NCBI GenBank assembly: GCA_944392205.1
Contig: CALXVV010000039.1
Location: 2,368 to 66,367, forward strand
Direction of reading: 5' to 3'
Source of the DNA: an uncultured Alphaproteobacteria bacterium
GTDB taxonomy: Bacteria > Pseudomonadota > Alphaproteobacteria > RF32 > CAG-239
DNA length: 64,000 bases
Numbering within the stretch: the first letter of the stretch is position 1; each line of letters opens with the position of its first letter. A model generated the notes under the pieces. That model saw nothing but the letters and a program-made list of their open reading frames with translations, was not told the DNA's origin and did not search any database. The position numbers and the translations under genes are program-made. Shown one piece after another: positions 28,848 to 38,261 of the stretch.

Positions 28848-30544
28848 TATTTGCTGCTCCCGTATTTTTGCTTTAATTCCTCTACTCTCTCCGGAGTAAT
28901 ACGCTCAAATAAGGTCTCGCCTACCACAAACGGATGGCCAGCTTTGAGGGCTGCAATCTCTTTGCTGATATCAAAATTTTTGAGACACGGCATATCTTCC
29001 GGTTTTAAGCCCAATCTCTCCAACATGGAAGCTGAGACATCAGGCATTACCGGCGCACTCAAAATGGCGAAGATTCTTATCAAATTTATGCAGGTGCGTA
29101 AAATGGTCTCAGCTCTTTTGGCATCGGTCTTAATCACTGTCCACGGCTCAGTTACTGAGATGTAATTATTGCCTTCTACCCAAATGGCACGAAGCTCATT
29201 CATGGCTTTGCGGAATTCCATCTCATCCATGTATTTAAGGTAGTCATTTACCCTTGTTTGCAAAGTGGCAATCAGCTCTTTCTCGGGGGCTTCAAGCTCA
29301 CTGCCTTCCGGCACAGTATTGCCAATCTTGGAAGATGTCATCTTCAAAACACGAGAGACAAAATTGCCCAAGACGCCGTTTAGATCCTTATTAACCACGG
29401 CAGCAAATAAATCAAAGCTGAAAGATGCGTCTGAACCCTCGGGTGCATTGCTCATCAGCCAATAACGCCAGTAGTCTGCGGGAAATTCTTTGATGGCATC
29501 TTCGGCGAAAATACCGCGTTTTTCAGACTTGGAAAACTTGCCTCCCTCGTAGGTCAGGTAGCTCATGCCTTTCAAATAATCCACCTGCGTCCAGTTCTCT
29601 CCGGTGCCCAAAAGTGTGGCAGGAAAAGTGATGGAGTGGTAAGGGACATTGTCTTTGCCCATAAACTCCACATGGCGGACATCTTTGGCATCTAGCCACC
29701 AATCTTTCCAGTTGCGCTCACCAGGTTTTTCATCTGACCATTGTTTGGTGATGCCGATATAGCCAATCGGAGCATCAAACCAAACATAGAAAACTTTATC
29801 TTCATAGCCTGGCTTATTGACCGGGAATCCCCATTTGAGGTCACGGGTAATGCAGCGTTCCTGCAAACCCTCTTTGAGCCATTTTTGGGCAATGGTGTAG
29901 GCAACATCCGGCCAGAACGGCTCTTTGGTTTTTATCCACTCGGCCAAGCGTTTTTCCAACTTAGGCAGGTCTAAAAACAGGTGTTTGGTCTCCCTCACCT
30001 CCAGGTTGGTGGAGCCGGAAACCGAACTCCTCGGATTAATCAAGTCTGTGGGTTCTAAAACCTTGGTGCAGTTTTCACACTGGTCGCCACGGGCTTTTTC
30101 ATAACCGCAATAAGGGCATGTGCCGGTAATGTAGCGGTCGGCCAAAAACATCTTATCATCCACCGAATAAACTTGTTTGATGGTGCGCTCTTCAATATAG
30201 CCGTTTTTATCTAACTGCTCAAAGATATGATATGTCATCTCTTTATTTTGTTCTGAAGATGTGCGGCCAAAATAGTCAAATGACAAATTAAAATCTTTAT
30301 AAGTTTGCGCATGGCGGGCATGATACATATCGCAATAGGCCTGAACATCCATACCCTCTTTTAAGGCACCGACTTCTGATGTGGTGCCGTGTTCATCGGT
30401 TCCGGCAATGTAAAGCACCTCGTTGCCCAGCATTCGCATATAGCGGGCATAGATATCGGACGGCAGCAAGCAGCCGACCATGTGACCCAGGTGCGGAATA
30501 CCGTTGATATATGGTAACGCTGAGGTAACAAGCACTTTAGACAT
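28847..30544 (-). CDS. metG: Methionine--tRNA ligase
   Basis: 565 aa; ALPYINGIPHLGHMVG (HIGH region), zinc knuckle CPYCGYEKARGDQCENC, KFSKSEKRG (KMSKS). Confidence 0.9.
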   Translation of the reverse strand: MSKVLVTSALPYINGIPHLGHMVGCLLPSDIYARYMRMLGNEVLYIAGTDEHGTTSEVGALKEGMDVQAYCDMYHARHAQTYKDFNLSFDYFGRTSSEQNKEMTYHIFEQLDKNGYIEERTIKQVYSVDDKMFLADRYITGTCPYCGYEKARGDQCENCTKVLEPTDLINPRSSVSGSTNLEVRETKHLFLDLPKLEKRLAEWIKTKEPFWPDVAYTIAQKWLKEGLQERCITRDLKWGFPVNKPGYEDKVFYVWFDAPIGYIGITKQWSDEKPGERNWKDWWLDAKDVRHVEFMGKDNVPYHSITFPATLLGTGENWTQVDYLKGMSYLTYEGGKFSKSEKRGIFAEDAIKEFPADYWRYWLMSNAPEGSDASFSFDLFAAVVNKDLNGVLGNFVSRVLKMTSSKIGNTVPEGSELEAPEKELIATLQTRVNDYLKYMDEMEFRKAMNELRAIWVEGNNYISVTEPWTVIKTDAKRAETILRTCINLIRIFAILSAPVMPDVSASMLERLGLKPEDMPCLKNFDISKEIAALKAGHPFVVGETLFERITPERVEELKQKYGSSK

Positions 30545-30759
30545 TTATAAATTCTCCTGATTTATTTTTTGTTTTTCTTTATCGGCGCCTAGTTTACAAC
30601 AATTTCAGATTTTCTCAAGAGCAAAAAGAGCCTGCAAACAGTCTAAACTCAAAAAAAAATCACTTTCCCTCTTGTTGTTGGACAAAATTTATGATAATAT
30701 CCGATTATTACAAAATCTTATTTTAGATACTTTATGTTAAATTAAAATAATGATAAGCT

Positions 30760-31923
30760 ATGAAAACGAACATCATTGCAGAGATTAGCAAGTTCCTGCA
30801 GAAGGAGCTTGATAATAAGTGCAACGCTCCTGCCAGACAGGCCGTGTATGAAAAGTTCGGTTTTTTACCCGAACATAAACTGACCTGGTCTGATTGGGCC
30901 ATGATTCTTGATTATGCCCGCATTGTCGGCGGAGCGCGTCCCGGAGATGAATACGGGTATATTGATGCCCGTGGAGAGGTTGCGACCGCTAAGGTCTACG
31001 ATCTCTACAACATCCCCAAGGGCCTTAAGAACCCTTTCCTTGTGTGCTTTAGCGGTTTTATGACCGCGCACCTCTATACCTTTGAGGCTCTGAGGTGGCA
31101 TTATAAGGTTACCGGGGAGTTGTTGCGGATCTTTTGCACCGGTAAGGAGGGAAATAAAGGCCTTTATAAAAAGGTTGTCGAGAGATTAAAGGGGCTTATG
31201 ATCGGGTCCGAGGCAGAAGCATACCTGCGCTGTCTTTCTCTTCTCGGTGACGAGAAGTTCATGCGGCAGTATGAGCGTGCAGTCGCTGATACGGATACCC
31301 ACGGCAACTTCGATGAGATGTATGCCATGGCAAAGAGCCTGGGGCTTAAGGAAGCAACATTCTTGTTGGTTTCCGGCAACCCCACCTACGACAAGCGTCT
31401 TTTGGCCGAGGGAATGCTCCAGCTTCGGGACAAAAAATATGCCGATGTAAAGATTAATCTTTGCATCGTGCACTGCCCTCCCCGATATGACTTTGCGGTA
31501 CCTGAAGGTCACTTGACCGAGATTCTTCTCGGCTACTATGCGGCCTCTCTCGGACCACTGGCCAAGGACACAACGCCACTGTCGTTGTCGCTGAAGCCTC
31601 GTGAGGGTGCTGAGCGATATGCTCTTCCGGGGCTGGAAGATGTGGACTGGAGCGTTTTCCGATCTCTGATCTCGGACTACTCCAACATGGGGTGGCCGAA
31701 TTACCAAGAGCTCCTCTATGGGGTTCCGCACGAAGAGGCTGTGCTTAATATCATTTTATCCGACCTGCGGGCCCGTTCCTGCTTCACCTCGGAGAGCTAC
31801 GATGAGGCGCTGCTTCAGGACATTCGCACCTACCAGAAATTCCTTGGAGGTGCGTATATCCAGGGGGAAAACTTCGAGGAATATCTCGATATGTCTCCTT
31901 ATGTGCCATATTTTCGGCGCTGA
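30760..31923 (+). CDS. Orphan 387-aa protein, compositionally foreign; central region weakly DUF218/YdcF-like
   Basis: Uninterrupted ORF, ~53-58% GC in sampled 60-nt blocks versus ~37-48% in neighbours, AAG/GAG/CTC/CTG codons, no SD. Motif order FLVCFSG..IFCTGKEG..SEAEAYLRCL..DTDTHGNFDEM..FLLVSGNPTYDKR. Confidence 0.65.
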   Translation: MKTNIIAEISKFLQKELDNKCNAPARQAVYEKFGFLPEHKLTWSDWAMILDYARIVGGARPGDEYGYIDARGEVATAKVYDLYNIPKGLKNPFLVCFSGFMTAHLYTFEALRWHYKVTGELLRIFCTGKEGNKGLYKKVVERLKGLMIGSEAEAYLRCLSLLGDEKFMRQYERAVADTDTHGNFDEMYAMAKSLGLKEATFLLVSGNPTYDKRLLAEGMLQLRDKKYADVKINLCIVHCPPRYDFAVPEGHLTEILLGYYAASLGPLAKDTTPLSLSLKPREGAERYALPGLEDVDWSVFRSLISDYSNMGWPNYQELLYGVPHEEAVLNIILSDLRARSCFTSESYDEALLQDIRTYQKFLGGAYIQGENFEEYLDMSPYVPYFRR

Positions 31924-31931
31924 TAATAAAG

Positions 31932-31965
31932 AAAAAACCGACCATCTTATGGCCGGTTTTTCTTT
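31932..31965. terminator. Bidirectional terminator between convergent orphan and DHH genes
   Basis: AAAAAA-CCGACC (31938-31943) / GGCCGG (31951-31956)-TTTTT, one mismatch. Confidence 0.65.
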
Positions 31966-31968
31966 TGC

Positions 31969-32829
31969 CTATTTGTTGCCTTTTTGCAAAAACTCGGGCA
32001 GTTTTTTCAGCTTAGAGGCTCCAGCCGCGCGAACATGTCCGCCGCCGCCCAATGTGGCCGCTATCTTGGAAACATCTACCCCCTCTTTGGCGGTGTAAAA
32101 AGACAAATTCCAGTTGTTTCTCTTGTTCATAAAGAAATTGCACATGAAATCATATTCTTTGATATTGGGCAAAGAATCGAAAAACTCCGAATATCCTTGC
32201 GGCATATTGGCACAAATACACTTATACCCCATATACTCGCTCTCAAACGCCATGCTATGTGACAAGCGGATATTGCGCACCTTTATCCAAGACAATATTG
32301 CCCTACCTTTTTCTACCATTTCTTCAATATTCATCTTGCCGCTTAGCAAATCATCCCAGGTCTTATCGGTCGGCCTGTTCACTCCTAAAGACTGGAAAGC
32401 ATATTCAAACGGGCGCACACGCTCATCTCTTAAGTCAAAAATATCATTTAAGCCAAGTAACTTCACACCCTCGGGAGCTTCTGTTTGCGGATAAAAATAT
32501 TCCCAAGTGAGACAAATGGCCGCGGTGCCTATTCTCCTTAAACCCTTTATCTCTTTACCTGCTCCTTTTTTCATGGCCTCATCATATTCATTAATCACAG
32601 AAGCGTGGTGGTCTATCCAGGTTAAGTCCCTGCTCTCGTTTAGCTCAAACATAAATTCAAGCGGAAGTGCAATATCGCAAATAATTATCTTATCATGTTG
32701 TCTTATATCATCAAAAGGTATTTCCATATCATGATTTAGCCCCAAAAGCTCCGCCTCAGGGTACAATCTTTTGACAATGGCGGCAGAGCCTTTGCCATCG
32801 TGGTCTGCTATATGGAAAATACACAACAT
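31969..32829 (-). CDS. Compact DHH/DHHA1-family phosphoesterase (NrnA-like)
   Basis: 286 aa; motif I HIADHDG, motif II CDIALP, motif III IDHHAS, DHHA1 motif GGGGHVRAAG. Confidence 0.8.
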   Translation of the reverse strand: MLCIFHIADHDGKGSAAIVKRLYPEAELLGLNHDMEIPFDDIRQHDKIIICDIALPLEFMFELNESRDLTWIDHHASVINEYDEAMKKGAGKEIKGLRRIGTAAICLTWEYFYPQTEAPEGVKLLGLNDIFDLRDERVRPFEYAFQSLGVNRPTDKTWDDLLSGKMNIEEMVEKGRAILSWIKVRNIRLSHSMAFESEYMGYKCICANMPQGYSEFFDSLPNIKEYDFMCNFFMNKRNNWNLSFYTAKEGVDVSKIAATLGGGGHVRAAGASKLKKLPEFLQKGNK

Positions 32830-32842
32830 CTCTTTCTTCCTC

Positions 32843-33631
32843 TTATATCTCTACTTTCAAATTATCATACGCCGGAATAACATTTTCCGGTGAGGCGGCC
32901 ATTAGTGCATCATAATCGCACTCGCTGGCCATATGGTTTATGATAACCCGTTCGGGGTTAATTTTTTCTATATAGTTCAAAACCTCTTGCCAGCCAGCGT
33001 GGTATTTTTGCCCAAACGGCGTGGTCAGCGGCATGACTAACAATTTGACCTTATGCTCTGTCAAATGCTTCAAAGCCGAAGGTGCCAATCTCTTGAAATC
33101 TGCAATATGCGCCACCTCTCCGTCATTAAACAAATAGCCATTTGAGGGCACATTGTGGCCGCACAACTTTAAGGGGGTTATCTTTACCCCTTTGACATAA
33201 AAATCATGATTGCATTTTATCTTATGCGCCACTAATGAAGGTGAGCGTATCACATCTTTAATCTCTTTGGGATTGGTTATCAGATACCCAAATCTTGCTT
33301 TTATCACTTTCAACACAACATCTGTCGCATAGAAATCCAAATTGCAGGCATTAATCCTGTTTATCTCCCTCAAATCATCTATCCCGTGCAGGTGGTCTGC
33401 GTGCGTATGCGTATACAGCACCGCGTCTAATCTCTTGATTTGGTTATCTAAAAGCTGCAAACGTAAATCCGGCGAGGTGTCTACCAATATCTCCACCCCT
33501 TTGAAATTGTAATAAGTGCTGGTTCTTTTGCGAATGTTCAGCGGATTGTTCGGATCACAAAAGCCCCAGCCGCTACTCAATGATGGCACGCCGGGAGCTG
33601 CTCCTGCGCCTAAAAATATGGCATAACTCAT
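32843..33631 (-). CDS. MBL-fold metallo-hydrolase
   Basis: 262 aa; YTHTHADHLHGIDDL (HxHxDH). Confidence 0.8.
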   Translation of the reverse strand: MSYAIFLGAGAAPGVPSLSSGWGFCDPNNPLNIRKRTSTYYNFKGVEILVDTSPDLRLQLLDNQIKRLDAVLYTHTHADHLHGIDDLREINRINACNLDFYATDVVLKVIKARFGYLITNPKEIKDVIRSPSLVAHKIKCNHDFYVKGVKITPLKLCGHNVPSNGYLFNDGEVAHIADFKRLAPSALKHLTEHKVKLLVMPLTTPFGQKYHAGWQEVLNYIEKINPERVIINHMASECDYDALMAASPENVIPAYDNLKVEI

Positions 33632-34425
33632 TTATAGTTCCTCCGCCCCTTGTCACTGGCTTTGCGGAACAAATTGCAGAAGTTATCTGATGTTATCTGA
33701 GCAATCTTTTCAAACGGCAAATCTCTTATTTGCGCTAGCTTCTCTGCCGTAAAGCGCACAAAAGAAGGTTCATTGCGGTGCCCGCGCTCTGGAACCGGCG
33801 CCAAAAACGGCGAATCGGTTTCAACCAATAGTCTCTCCAAAGGAACTTTGGCAAAAATATCTCGCAACTCTCCGCACTTGTTAAAAGTTATCATCCCAGA
33901 GGCCGAAAGATAAAAGCCTATCGATAAGGCGAAGTCTGCAAATTTCTCTGAGGAGCTAAAACAGTGAATCATCCCCGAAAACGGTTTTTCTTTATAAGCC
34001 TTGCCCAGAATATCCGCCATATCATCATCCGAATCTCGATTATGAATAATCAGCGGCAGCCCGGTTTCCTGCGCTGCTTTGATGTGTTCCTTTAGCAATC
34101 TTATCTGCAGATCTTTGGGCGCATAGTCATAGTAATAATCTAAGCCCGTCTCGCCAATACCTATAACTTTTTTGTGACTGGTCTTGGCGATAATATCTTC
34201 TGCTTTGAGCTCCGGATATTCTCCAGCATTGTGCGGATGCACACCTACTGCCGCATAGATAAACGGATACTTCTCTGATAAGGCCAGTTGATTTTCCAAC
34301 TCGTCTAAGTTGTTGCCGGCATTTAATATCATGTTTACACCGCACTCTCTTGCCCGCTCTATAATCTCTGCGGTATCGTCCTCAAAATCATCAAAATCCA
34401 AATGACAGTGACTGTCTACTAACAT
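33628..34425 (-). CDS. tatD: TatD-family metal-dependent hydrolase/DNase
   Basis: 265 aa; MLVDSHCHLDF, IGETGLDYYY, PLIIHNRDS, ETDSPFLAP. Confidence 0.9.
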   Translation of the reverse strand: MLVDSHCHLDFDDFEDDTAEIIERARECGVNMILNAGNNLDELENQLALSEKYPFIYAAVGVHPHNAGEYPELKAEDIIAKTSHKKVIGIGETGLDYYYDYAPKDLQIRLLKEHIKAAQETGLPLIIHNRDSDDDMADILGKAYKEKPFSGMIHCFSSSEKFADFALSIGFYLSASGMITFNKCGELRDIFAKVPLERLLVETDSPFLAPVPERGHRNEPSFVRFTAEKLAQIRDLPFEKIAQITSDNFCNLFRKASDKGRRNYK

Positions 34426-34434
34426 ATTTTCCTC

Positions 34435-35490
34435 TTATACTTGTTTGCAGATATTGGCCATTATGTTTATTAAAGCTTGTTTTTTATCTAAATTCAAGCT
34501 TTCAACCTCAGAAAAAGTCTTGATTGTCTTGCTCCAGCAATCTGCCGTCTCGATTACCTTGTCGGTGCTTTTGGCGTGCTCGCTCAAAAACTTCAAAATC
34601 AGCTCCTGAGCTAAGTCATAGTTTTCTTCCGAAGATGCCGCATCATTGCAAAAATCTAAGATATCCGCAATCTTAAAGTTTTTGCCGGCAGATACAAGCG
34701 CGCAAAGGTCATCATATTTTTCGGCGGCTCCGTTGTCGGCATAGTTCAGAGCTTTGCCAATGCTGCCAGATGAAATGGCGGCAATTTTTTTTATCTCTTT
34801 TTCGGATATTTCCGGCCGATAACGTCTGAGCAGGCTCGAAACAATCGTGTCTTTCAGCGGTTTTAGTTCCAGCTTGGAACAACGCGAGCGAATGGTTGGC
34901 AGCAGGCGATTCGGATTGTGGCTGATTAGAAGCATTAGTGTCTTGTATGGCGGCTCTTCCAATATCTTCAGCACTGCGTTGGCCGCAGATGAATTCATAT
35001 CATCAACGCTGTCTATCAAGACCACCCGCCAGCCGTCTCCCGATGAGCGGTGTGATAAAAACTCGTTTATGGTACGAACATCGTCTACCCTTATGAAGGC
35101 TGATTTCTTGAGCTCTTTTAGCTCATCAGGGCTTAGTTGCTCACCGTCTTTTATGGCTTTTAATATCTTTTTGCGGTCTGTATCCGTGTAGTCCCTTTGC
35201 AAAACCTTAAAATCAGGATGGGCGTTACTTGCTATCAGTTTATATATGTGAGAATCGGGAGAAACCTCAAGACTGGTGTATTTGTCCCTCTCTTTTTCAT
35301 CTGCGCTTAAAATAAATCTGGCCAGCCTATATGCCAGTGTGGCTTTGCCAATGCCTTTTATTCCCGTTATCAGCCAAGAATTATGCAAAGAATTATTTTG
35401 CCAACAGTGCAGGAATAGTTGCTCGGCCTCCTCATGGCCTGCCAAATAAGTATTAAACTGCGGCTCAAACGATGCTAACTCCTGCGGCAT
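34435..35490 (-). CDS. holB: DNA polymerase III subunit delta prime
   Basis: 351 aa; GIKGIGKATLAYRLARFIL, KILEEPP, TIRSRC motifs; follows tmk. Confidence 0.85.
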   Translation of the reverse strand: MPQELASFEPQFNTYLAGHEEAEQLFLHCWQNNSLHNSWLITGIKGIGKATLAYRLARFILSADEKERDKYTSLEVSPDSHIYKLIASNAHPDFKVLQRDYTDTDRKKILKAIKDGEQLSPDELKELKKSAFIRVDDVRTINEFLSHRSSGDGWRVVLIDSVDDMNSSAANAVLKILEEPPYKTLMLLISHNPNRLLPTIRSRCSKLELKPLKDTIVSSLLRRYRPEISEKEIKKIAAISSGSIGKALNYADNGAAEKYDDLCALVSAGKNFKIADILDFCNDAASSEENYDLAQELILKFLSEHAKSTDKVIETADCWSKTIKTFSEVESLNLDKKQALINIMANICKQV

Positions 35491-35493
35491 ATG

Positions 35494-36138
35494 TTACAAA
35501 CCTAACCTTTCTTTCACAACACTCACAATATCTTGGTGCAATGCCTCTATGCTCTTATTAGCATCCAAGACGACGCAACGCTTTGGCTCTCTGGCTGCTA
35601 TATCCAAATATCCTTGCCTTAAGCGCTCATGAAAGCTGATGTCTATTCCCTCAAATCTGATTTCTTTGACATCTTCACCTTCTGCCTTGCGCAAAGAACG
35701 CTCAATACCTACTTTGGGGTCTATATCTAAAATAAGGGTCAAATCAGGTTTGAACGAACCTACCGCTATTTTATATAGCTCATCTAAGGTATTTCTTGAT
35801 ACTTTGTTTTGGTAGCCATAGCACTGATAAGCAAAGGTGGAATCGGCAAAGCGATCGCTTAAAACCCATAGGCCCTTTTCCATTGCCGGCCATATTTTCT
35901 TAACCAAATGAATGTGGCGGTCGGCAAAAAATAACAAAGCCTCAGCTACAGCGTCTAATTTATCTTGCTCTCCGGTGACAAGCAGGCGCCTTATCTCCTG
36001 GCCTAAAGCTGTGCCACCCGGCTCTTTGGTGGTTACAACATCAACACCTCTCTCTTGTAAATATTCCGCCAAGAGCTTTATTTGGGTGGATTTACCCGTA
36101 CCCTCACCGCCTTCGAGTGTGATAAACTTGCCTTGCAT
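35494..36138 (-). CDS. tmk: Thymidylate kinase
   Basis: 214 aa; FITLEGGEGTGKST P-loop, DRFADST, TKEPGGT. Confidence 0.9.
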   Translation of the reverse strand: MQGKFITLEGGEGTGKSTQIKLLAEYLQERGVDVVTTKEPGGTALGQEIRRLLVTGEQDKLDAVAEALLFFADRHIHLVKKIWPAMEKGLWVLSDRFADSTFAYQCYGYQNKVSRNTLDELYKIAVGSFKPDLTLILDIDPKVGIERSLRKAEGEDVKEIRFEGIDISFHERLRQGYLDIAAREPKRCVVLDANKSIEALHQDIVSVVKERLGL

Positions 36139-37292
36139 TAATCATTCCCTAGTAGCAAATAGCTTAAGTTCTTGCGAATACGGCCCCACAAGCCAACCTC
36201 AGCAACATCTGCGGCCGCCACCAATGGAACCTCCAAAGTATCTTGCCCCGGCAGCTCTACTTTAACAACACCAAGCTGTTGTCCGGCTTTTACCGGTGCT
36301 TTAACCGGTTTATCATAAGAGGCTATTACCCTCACCTCATCTGATTTGCTCTTCTTTAATGTGCGGACGACATCCTCAGATACCACCATCGGAACATCTT
36401 TGCTGGCACCATACCAAACCGGAATATCTGCCACCTTGGCACCTTTTTTCAAGATGGTATAATTATCAAACTCTCTAAAACCCCAGCTCATTATCTTGTT
36501 GGCTTCTTCTGAGCGCTCTTTCATGGAGCTAAGCCCGGTCATAACGCTGATGAGGCGTCTGTCGCCTTTCTTGGCTGAAGCGGTTAAACAGAATCCAGCT
36601 TCTTCGGTATGACCGGTTTTCAAACCATCGGCATAAGGCATGTTGTACAACAGCGGATTCCTATTGCCTTGGCGAATGTTGTTGTAAACAAATTCTTTTT
36701 GTGAAAACAGGTGATAATATTGCGGAAACTCTGAAATAATCCGGCGAGATAATTTAGCCAAATCCTCCACCGACATCCGATGGTCAGGGTGCGGCAAACC
36801 CGTTGCGTTTACAAAATGTGAATTGTTTAGTCCAATCTCTTTGGCCTTTTTGTTCATCATATCTGCAAAATCTTCCTCAGTGCCGGCCAAATTTTCTGCT
36901 GCAACAATGCAAGCATCGTTACCGGATTGAATAATGATGCCCTTGAGCAAGTCTTCTACCCTAACCTTGCTGCCCAAAGCCAAAAACATGGTGGACCCGC
37001 CGCTTGCCGCGCCGCCTTTGCGCCAGGCATTCTCACTTACGGTGAAAGTGTCATCCAACGACAAACTGCCGTCGCCTAATTTGCTGAACAGAATATAAAC
37101 CGTCATCAGCTTGCTCATAGAGGCAGGCGGGATCATCTTCTCGGCATCTTTGGTGTATAGATATTGTCCGGTATCGTAGTCCATTAAAATCATATTGCGA
37201 GCCTTGGTTTCTATTGCTCCGGCAACGGAAACCGAGCTCAAAAAGCCGCCTATTAATGCTACGGAAAAAAGTAACTTAGATTTTAACATCAT
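36138..37292 (-). CDS. dacC: D-alanyl-D-alanine carboxypeptidase (PBP5/6 family)
   Basis: Start set at MMLKSKLLF (ATG 37292, SD AGAGG); SMSKLMT (SxxK), QSGND (SxN), KTGHT (KTG). Confidence 0.85.
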   Translation of the reverse strand: MMLKSKLLFSVALIGGFLSSVSVAGAIETKARNMILMDYDTGQYLYTKDAEKMIPPASMSKLMTVYILFSKLGDGSLSLDDTFTVSENAWRKGGAASGGSTMFLALGSKVRVEDLLKGIIIQSGNDACIVAAENLAGTEEDFADMMNKKAKEIGLNNSHFVNATGLPHPDHRMSVEDLAKLSRRIISEFPQYYHLFSQKEFVYNNIRQGNRNPLLYNMPYADGLKTGHTEEAGFCLTASAKKGDRRLISVMTGLSSMKERSEEANKIMSWGFREFDNYTILKKGAKVADIPVWYGASKDVPMVVSEDVVRTLKKSKSDEVRVIASYDKPVKAPVKAGQQLGVVKVELPGQDTLEVPLVAAADVAEVGLWGRIRKNLSYLLLGND

Positions 37293-37310
37293 TTTTGCCT
37301 CTACCAAATT

Positions 37311-38195
37311 TTAGTCTTGCATAATTCTGGCATTGTATATGCCGAAATTTTTTACTTTGGCCAACATGACTTCTGCCTCTTGCTTGTGGCTGTATGGGCC
37401 TAAGCGAACACGATAAAATTTTTGCCCGTTTACCGTCACATAATAAATATTGGTCTCGCCGAATTGATCCAATTGTTTGCTCAAATTTTGGGCAGCACTT
37501 TCTCTTGAGTAAGCTCCGGCTTGCACAAACCAACTTCCTTTGGGATATGCCTTTACGGCATTGGGATTGGCATATTCCGCTCCAACCAACTGCAAGGGTT
37601 TCAGGTCTTTTAATGAGCTATTGGCTGCAGACCTGGCAGGAATCGTCACTTTGTCTTCCCCATCTTCAACCGGTTGCCCCAGCAATGCTGCTTTTAGGGC
37701 TTTGCTCTCTTTTTCCATAATCTCAACCCTAACTTTGGCTGTTCCTTGGGTTTGAAATCCCAGCAATTGGGCGCCACGCTTGGAAATATCTATAATCCTA
37801 TTTTTTGCATAGGGGCCTCGATCATTAACCCGCAGAACAAGTGAACGTCCGTTTTCAAGGTTTGTCACTTTTACGATACTTGGCAGAGGCAAAGTTCTAT
37901 GTGCTGCCGTTAAAGCGTGCATATCATAGTTTTCACCATTGGCGGTTTTGCGTGCATGGAAGTCCTCCCCATACCAAGAGGCAGTGCCGACCTCTGAGTA
38001 ATCATAGTCTTCTTTGGGATAATACCACTGCCCCATAATTTTATAGGGAGAGCCTACCTTATAAGTTCCGCCCTGGCCTTTAATGGCCTCAGCCTGGGTG
38101 TAGTTATTGCCGCTTATCCGCCCATAGGTGCAGGCATTAAGCATGGCTGCCGCGCAGACAAGCATAACGGTCAAAAAGTTGGGTTTGTTCGTCAT
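37311..38195 (-). CDS. rlpA: Septal-ring lytic transglycosylase RlpA-family lipoprotein (DPBB + SPOR)
   Basis: 294 aa; lipobox MLNAC; ASWYGEDFHARKTANGENYD...VRVNDRGPY; C-terminal SPOR-like WFVQAGAYS...FYRVRLGPY. Confidence 0.85.
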   Translation of the reverse strand: MTNKPNFLTVMLVCAAAMLNACTYGRISGNNYTQAEAIKGQGGTYKVGSPYKIMGQWYYPKEDYDYSEVGTASWYGEDFHARKTANGENYDMHALTAAHRTLPLPSIVKVTNLENGRSLVLRVNDRGPYAKNRIIDISKRGAQLLGFQTQGTAKVRVEIMEKESKALKAALLGQPVEDGEDKVTIPARSAANSSLKDLKPLQLVGAEYANPNAVKAYPKGSWFVQAGAYSRESAAQNLSKQLDQFGETNIYYVTVNGQKFYRVRLGPYSHKQEAEVMLAKVKNFGIYNARIMQD

Positions 38196-38261
38196 TTTTA
38201 CTTTCTCATCGTTTCCTAATTGCCAGATAATTTATACTGTTTTTCCAGCTTCGTAAAGAGC

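Noticed and set aside
31186-31731. 181-aa minus-strand ORF inside the GC-rich orphan gene (raising the question of which strand codes)
   Set aside because: Elevated GC suppresses stop codons on the antisense strand. The plus-strand ORF is more than twice as long and is framed by an upstream AT-rich region and a terminator.
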